Part shown: positions 58,945 to 64,000 of the stretch, piece after piece
Numbering within the stretch: the first letter of the stretch is position 1
Layout: every line of letters begins with the position of its first letter
From: Limisphaerales bacterium
Lineage (GTDB): Bacteria > Verrucomicrobiota > Verrucomicrobiia > Limisphaerales > SIBE01
NCBI GenBank assembly: GCA_044225505.1
Contig: JBGAIN010000006.1
Span: 1 to 64,000, forward strand
Direction: 5' to 3'
DNA length: 64,000 nucleotides
The notes under the pieces: model-generated
Database searches by the model: none
Seen by the model: the letters and a program-made list of their open reading frames with translations, nothing else
Told to the model about the DNA's origin: nothing
Made by a program: the position numbers and the translations under genes

Positions 58945-61254
58945 ATGATACCGCCCAAGCCGACCCTAGCTCGGCATCCGATCCGGAGCGCCATCGCCTC
59001 TCTCGCCGCTGCGATCCTGACGACTAGCCTTATCCAGGACGCGCCTGCCGAGATTCCAGTGCTGCATTGGGAGGAACGCTCGGACTGGATCAATGTCAAA
59101 ACGGGCCTTCCGAGGGCGGCGGTCGGCGATGGCCGAGCCGATGACACGGCTGCTCTCCAAGCCGCGTTCGATGGATTGCACGACGGGGCCAGTCTTTATT
59201 TCCCTCCGGGCACCTATCGTATCACAGCGCCGCTCCAGTTGCGTAACGCTGCCGCGGCGCGTTGGATTGGGGGATTGCTCATCGGCTGCGGGCGCGATTC
59301 CATTCTCGCCTGGGGAGGCGTGGCAGGCCAGCCGATGATTCGCGTCGATGGAGTTGCCTACACCCGTTTTGTCGGCATTTCTTTTGATGGCAGTCGCAAA
59401 GCCTCCGCTGGTCTCCATTACCAGGCAACACGTGGTTTTCAGACGGAAGTGACTCACCGGCACCTCGCGTTTCGAGGCTTCACGAATGCCGCTATTCTCG
59501 AAGATCACGCCGGTAACGGGCAAGCCCTGGCGGAAACAACGTTTGAGAATTGCTTGTTTCAAGACTGCGAACGCGGCGTCGCTTTCCTGCAGTTCAACGA
59601 CTACGATTACACGTTCGACGGCTGCGAATTTCAGCGGTGCGGTGTCGCCATTGATTGTGCCCACGGGAACTTCTACGTTCGCAACTGCCATTTCGCAGCC
59701 AGCCGGATCGTCGATATCCGTGATTTGTCGGAGCATTGCAGCTCGGTGCGGCGGTCGACTTCCGTCGGTTCCCACACTTTCGTGCAGCGAGGGTCCAGCG
59801 TTGCTTCATTGACCATCCAGGATTGTCACATCGAAGGTTGGAAGAATCCCGACGGTGCCATTTTGCTCTCGCGTCCGCCCGTGCTCCTGTTCGATTGCAC
59901 CTTTACGCATCCTCCGCGTCGCGCGAACGGGGAGAGCTGTTCGCCCGTGCGGGTTCACAGCCAGGACCAGCGATTAATTGTCTCGGAGAATCGCGTCGCA
60001 GATGGGGCTGAGCTCTTTCAAGGAGGCAAGCCCTCCCTGATGGTCGTGCCGCCCGGTCAACGGCACGGGGTCGTCCGTTCGGCAGAGAGGACATTCCTCC
60101 AGAATGTTGCTTCTATTCCAAAACGGATCTTCGACGCCAAACGAGATTTCGGCGCGAAAGGGAATGGCGAAGCGGACGACACCGAAGCTATCCAGCAAGC
60201 GATTGATGCGGCGTCGCGCGAGGCGGGAGACGCGATGGCCTATCTGCCCACGGGAACCTACCTCATTAAAGAGACGCTGCGTGTTCGCGGAAATGATTAT
60301 TCGGTCAGTGGCAGCGGCTGGAGCACGAAGTTAGTCTGGCGCGGTGCCGAAGGAGGGACAATGATGGAAGTGCGAGACCCGCAGCGAATCACGATTGCTG
60401 ATCTCATGGTGGGCGCCCACGACGGCGGAGCTATGAACAATGGCGCGGATATTGAGCAGCAAAGCGCTGGGCGGGCTTCGCGTATCTCCTACGACGGGGT
60501 TTACGTCTACGGCATGTATCAAAAGCAACCGTTTCGCAAAGGGCTGCGCTTAACGCGGTTGACGGAAAAGGACGTCGTGGTGTTGCCGCACCTCCAAGGA
60601 AATGTCCGCTTGACCGATTGCGGACGCGCCACGGTGCTCGCCAACTGCACCTATGAAGGGTCAGTGGTGATCGAAGGAAAAGACCAACCGAAGGATGGCT
60701 TACTCGGCTTTCAAACTCGGCTCGCGACTCTGGTGACGCACGGTCTCTATGTTCGCGACAACAACAGCGTGGTCATGAGCGATTTTTATGTGGAACAAGC
60801 CGACAATGGCTACGTATTCGAAGGCGCGCCGGAGGATCCACCCGGACGCGTCACGCTGACCGGTGCGAAATTCCAGTCGTTCACCACTAGCGATCGATCC
60901 AAGAATACCGTTGCTGACATTCGCAACTATGGCGGGCAGATCTTTATCGGTCCCTATCAGTTCTATCAAGAACCGAAGCGGATGCGTTTCAAGCAACAAG
61001 GCGAAAGCCAGGTGCAGCTCTACCTATGGGGATCCAGTTGGTACGGCACGGCGCCCGACTCGCAGCTGAGCCACACGACTCAGCTCTTTCCTGTGGGCAA
61101 CGAGTCTTATGGCTCCAGCCCAGCTTCGGATGCGGCGCTGGACCGATTGTTCTTCAATGTCGTTCCCACCGAAACGACGCTGGCGCAGCTTAGCCGCGCA
61201 CTGGATGATCTCCGGCGGCTTGGTGAGCTGGATCTCCGCCTGAATCATCCGTAG
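58945..61254 (+). CDS. Secreted double beta-helix protein (Pectate_lyase_3 / GH55-like architecture)
   Basis: Signal peptide; two GxGxADDT.A.Q.A.D starts with YFPPGTY and YLPTGTY. Confidence 0.85.
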   Translation: MIPPKPTLARHPIRSAIASLAAAILTTSLIQDAPAEIPVLHWEERSDWINVKTGLPRAAVGDGRADDTAALQAAFDGLHDGASLYFPPGTYRITAPLQLRNAAAARWIGGLLIGCGRDSILAWGGVAGQPMIRVDGVAYTRFVGISFDGSRKASAGLHYQATRGFQTEVTHRHLAFRGFTNAAILEDHAGNGQALAETTFENCLFQDCERGVAFLQFNDYDYTFDGCEFQRCGVAIDCAHGNFYVRNCHFAASRIVDIRDLSEHCSSVRRSTSVGSHTFVQRGSSVASLTIQDCHIEGWKNPDGAILLSRPPVLLFDCTFTHPPRRANGESCSPVRVHSQDQRLIVSENRVADGAELFQGGKPSLMVVPPGQRHGVVRSAERTFLQNVASIPKRIFDAKRDFGAKGNGEADDTEAIQQAIDAASREAGDAMAYLPTGTYLIKETLRVRGNDYSVSGSGWSTKLVWRGAEGGTMMEVRDPQRITIADLMVGAHDGGAMNNGADIEQQSAGRASRISYDGVYVYGMYQKQPFRKGLRLTRLTEKDVVVLPHLQGNVRLTDCGRATVLANCTYEGSVVIEGKDQPKDGLLGFQTRLATLVTHGLYVRDNNSVVMSDFYVEQADNGYVFEGAPEDPPGRVTLTGAKFQSFTTSDRSKNTVADIRNYGGQIFIGPYQFYQEPKRMRFKQQGESQVQLYLWGSSWYGTAPDSQLSHTTQLFPVGNESYGSSPASDAALDRLFFNVVPTETTLAQLSRALDDLRRLGELDLRLNHP

Positions 61255-61491
61255 AGCCTCTGCGCCTCACGACGACCCCGCGGTGGCTCGGACGCGCTCC
61301 GAAAGATGAAGAACGAGGGCGCGGCCGTATGCGCAGCATCAGCCGCAGGTTTTGCGAGCGTTCAAGAGCGGCGAATCGCAAAATACTGCGACTAGTCCTT
61401 CGGACATAGTCGCGTTCCGTAAGTTGAGGAACAGGGGCAAGGCCGTGCCCGTGGGATCAGCCGCCGTCTTGGCGATGGCCCCGGCAAGATC

Positions 61492-62175
61492 TCAAGAATG
61501 CCGTGTCTCCTGCGCGACCGACGAGAGCTTTAACGTCTTCATCCGGCCGTACCACGCTTTTAACTGAGTGTAGGCCGAAGGCAGCGCGTAGTTTCCCGAG
61601 TAAAGATAATTCCCCAGAATCCCGTAAAGATCGAAGTCCACGAACCGCGGTCGATCTTCCAGGAGGTAGCGCTTGCCCGAGAGCATTTGTTCGTAAGGAT
61701 GCAACTGCTGCTCTAATTGTTCCAGCAACTGCTCTCGTTGCTCGAGCCATTTCTCCAGACAGCCCCGTCCGAATTTGCGCTCTTTATGCCGCATAAACCC
61801 CATCCGATCAGCGCGAGGCACGAACTTCTTCCAGTAAATGTCGTTCAGCCGAAACCCTATCCCTTCCACGTCATTCTCGATATGGCGCCAAATCAAGCTT
61901 TGCACACCTTCCCACGCTTTCGGAAATAGGCCGAGCTGCAAGCGATCGTCCAAGTATTTGCCGATCACCTGCGAATTGTCGTCCGTCTCGAACAAGACGT
62001 TCTTGCCATCGCGCAAGACGGGAACTTGATAGTATCGTTCCTTGGTAATCCGCCAAATGTAGGAGCGGTCCGCGCTGGACGTATTGATGATCTTAAAGCG
62101 CTCTCCGCTATATTCCAAAATACGCCGTTGCGCGATGCAATATGGGCTCCAGGGAATTTGAATCAACTCGATCAT
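61492..62175 (-). CDS. Glutathione S-transferase family protein
   Basis: WSPYC, QVPVL.DG, SQVIGKYL, FVDFDLYG..G, AWYGRM. Confidence 0.85.
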   Translation of the reverse strand: MIELIQIPWSPYCIAQRRILEYSGERFKIINTSSADRSYIWRITKERYYQVPVLRDGKNVLFETDDNSQVIGKYLDDRLQLGLFPKAWEGVQSLIWRHIENDVEGIGFRLNDIYWKKFVPRADRMGFMRHKERKFGRGCLEKWLEQREQLLEQLEQQLHPYEQMLSGKRYLLEDRPRFVDFDLYGILGNYLYSGNYALPSAYTQLKAWYGRMKTLKLSSVAQETRHS

Positions 62176-62438
62176 ATGCTGAGGACTACCCCTTGAAAAA
62201 GACCAGTCCAGGGCCATGGCCATGCCCTTGAGGGTTGACCGTAAACTTCCGGCAAATCTCTCTTACCCGGCACACACCTTTACTCTATTCAGCGCCACAT
62301 TTCTGACAAGTGTGGATTGACAGTGATCTGCCTGTGCGCCGACGAACGATGTCCATCTCCCGAGGGCGCGCGTCCCTTAGACGGCCTCATCGACCGTATG
62401 CTACCAACCCAGACACCCGCCGTCGTTGAGGCCGAAAT

Positions 62439-63998
62439 CTACGGCTGTCGGAGGCGGTAAAAGCGATACGTCACTCCAGTCTCGGGTAGAACAAAGGTCA
62501 CGTCGCGACCGTCGACGGTCGGATTCACCGTTTTAACCTGTTCCCAGTTTCTCAAATCGAACGACGATTCCAGGTTATACGTTCCTGATGCCTCGCTATC
62601 GAGTCGTAGAGTCAGCATCCCATTGTCGATGAACGCCGCTGCCCATTGAGGCGCAACGGCGCGGGGGCTTACCGCAATTTCTATCGCGACCAATCCGTAA
62701 GCCGGCGGCGATCCATCATCGCTCGCGATCACTTCCAATCGGTGCAGGCCGACTTGATCGCTGCTCGGTGTCCACGTCAACACACCGCTCTCTGGGGCCA
62801 GGTGCATGCCGGTCGGCGCCGCGCGGGCCAGGAGGTAACGGATCGTGTTCGCTGGGATATCCTCATCGTGGGCACTGAGCGCAATGACTAACCTTTCGCC
62901 AACGGTTGCCGTCTGCCTTGGAACCGCGGCGAGCACGGGAGCAGAATTGATCTCCTGAACGATCACCGGGAGTTGGACACGCATCTGGTAGTCCGGAACT
63001 CGCAGGTCACGGATACGATAGACGACCATGTTCGTGCTGGGTCCTTGGGCCTCAGTGGGTATCCAATGGACAGTCGCGGTCACTGGGTCGACGGTAATGC
63101 CTTCGGGAGCACCTGGCTCAATAACGATTTCGAATTGGTCGGGTGGGGTGTTTGCTGGATAAACATAGGTTCGGAGCGGGCTTGACCTCAACTCCTGTAT
63201 GATATCCGGCCCAGCGACCGGGAACTGTGTTGGGAGCCTTAAAGGAAAGGCTACGGGCGGATTGGTTCCGACGATTCGCCCCACGCCTCCTCGAACGACG
63301 CCGCCCAAGAAAGAAAAACCTCCCGCCACCAATAGATTCCCATCCGGTTCCACCACCATGGCACGGATGCTTGGTTCCGGCCCGAGACCTTCCGCGCCGC
63401 TTTCTGGATCAAATGCGAGGTCGAGTTCTGCTCCGTGCAGGACCTTGGCCATTCCATGCCGGGTCGTTCGACGGTCCAGCCGGACTGCCGAGAACTCACC
63501 GGCGAGGACTATATCGTCATCGCCGGTTGGTACAATCGCGCACGGCTCCGCTTCGCCGCCTTCCACCCCGAACAGTGAGTCGGAGGTTTTTCGCTCGCCG
63601 TTAGGCGCAATGACCGTGACCGATCGCGTTAGCTGCTGATCCGTGTCCCGGAAAGTGCCCGCCAGGAGAATCTCACCATTGGGACGGACAGCGATCGCAT
63701 GGACTCGACTCGCAGCAATACCGCTGCTGGCCTTTTCGTCAAGATCCAGTTCTCCGGAGGGGCGGATTCGAGCGAACCCGGGACGCGTCTGCCCCGCAAA
63801 ATGGGTGAATTCGCCGCCCACCCACACGCCTCCCGCTGCATCTTTGGCCAAGGCGAAGACTGGTCCATCTGGGTTCTGAGATCGATCCCATGCCGGATGG
63901 ATCGAGCCGTCGGCGTTCAAACAAACGAGGAAGAGGCGTTCTCCCGTTTTGGCCGATCGGAAATCACCCCCAGCCCAGAGGACATCATGTGAGTAGGC
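62439..63998 (-). CDS. Secreted delta-60-repeat / putative Ig (cadherin-like) protein, 5' truncated by window
   Basis: Frame open to window end; VGGEFT, AIAVRPNGEILLAG, LDLAFDP repeats; WIPTEAQGP, NSAPVL; C-terminal SFDLRNW...RFYR. Confidence 0.85.
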   Translation of the reverse strand, partial: AYSHDVLWAGGDFRSAKTGERLFLVCLNADGSIHPAWDRSQNPDGPVFALAKDAAGGVWVGGEFTHFAGQTRPGFARIRPSGELDLDEKASSGIAASRVHAIAVRPNGEILLAGTFRDTDQQLTRSVTVIAPNGERKTSDSLFGVEGGEAEPCAIVPTGDDDIVLAGEFSAVRLDRRTTRHGMAKVLHGAELDLAFDPESGAEGLGPEPSIRAMVVEPDGNLLVAGGFSFLGGVVRGGVGRIVGTNPPVAFPLRLPTQFPVAGPDIIQELRSSPLRTYVYPANTPPDQFEIVIEPGAPEGITVDPVTATVHWIPTEAQGPSTNMVVYRIRDLRVPDYQMRVQLPVIVQEINSAPVLAAVPRQTATVGERLVIALSAHDEDIPANTIRYLLARAAPTGMHLAPESGVLTWTPSSDQVGLHRLEVIASDDGSPPAYGLVAIEIAVSPRAVAPQWAAAFIDNGMLTLRLDSEASGTYNLESSFDLRNWEQVKTVNPTVDGRDVTFVLPETGVTYRFYRLRQP

Positions 63999-64000
63999 TA

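Overview
GC-rich bacterial chromosomal DNA; gene content (planctomycete-type cytochrome c, many ECF sigma factors, Hanks-type kinases with a CxxC N-terminus, secreted proteins ending in an SxDLxxW...FYR module) points to Verrucomicrobiota (inference). Housekeeping genes: sucA, sucB, lpdA, fumC, dgt, ispH, argF, ispF, ald, a PhoH-family gene, LysR plus aminotransferase, an NtrC-type regulator and a GST. Between sucB and lpdA lies an ~18.6 kb block with five secreted or membrane-anchored proteins, a FecR-TPR-beta-barrel receptor, a CHASE2-Ser/Thr kinase, a second kinase and an ECF sigma factor. Three of the secreted genes share an upstream motif, TGTAAC-N15-GCGGA, suggesting a self-contained surface-signalling cascade with its regulon; this is the best candidate for an undescribed system. 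A second accessory block (34.0-41.8 kb) has a 157-bp direct repeat and an operon of unknown genes. Several genes appear internally deleted or truncated. No rRNA, tRNA, CRISPR array, integrase or transposase was recognised. Family assignments are from motif recognition by eye, not database searches.
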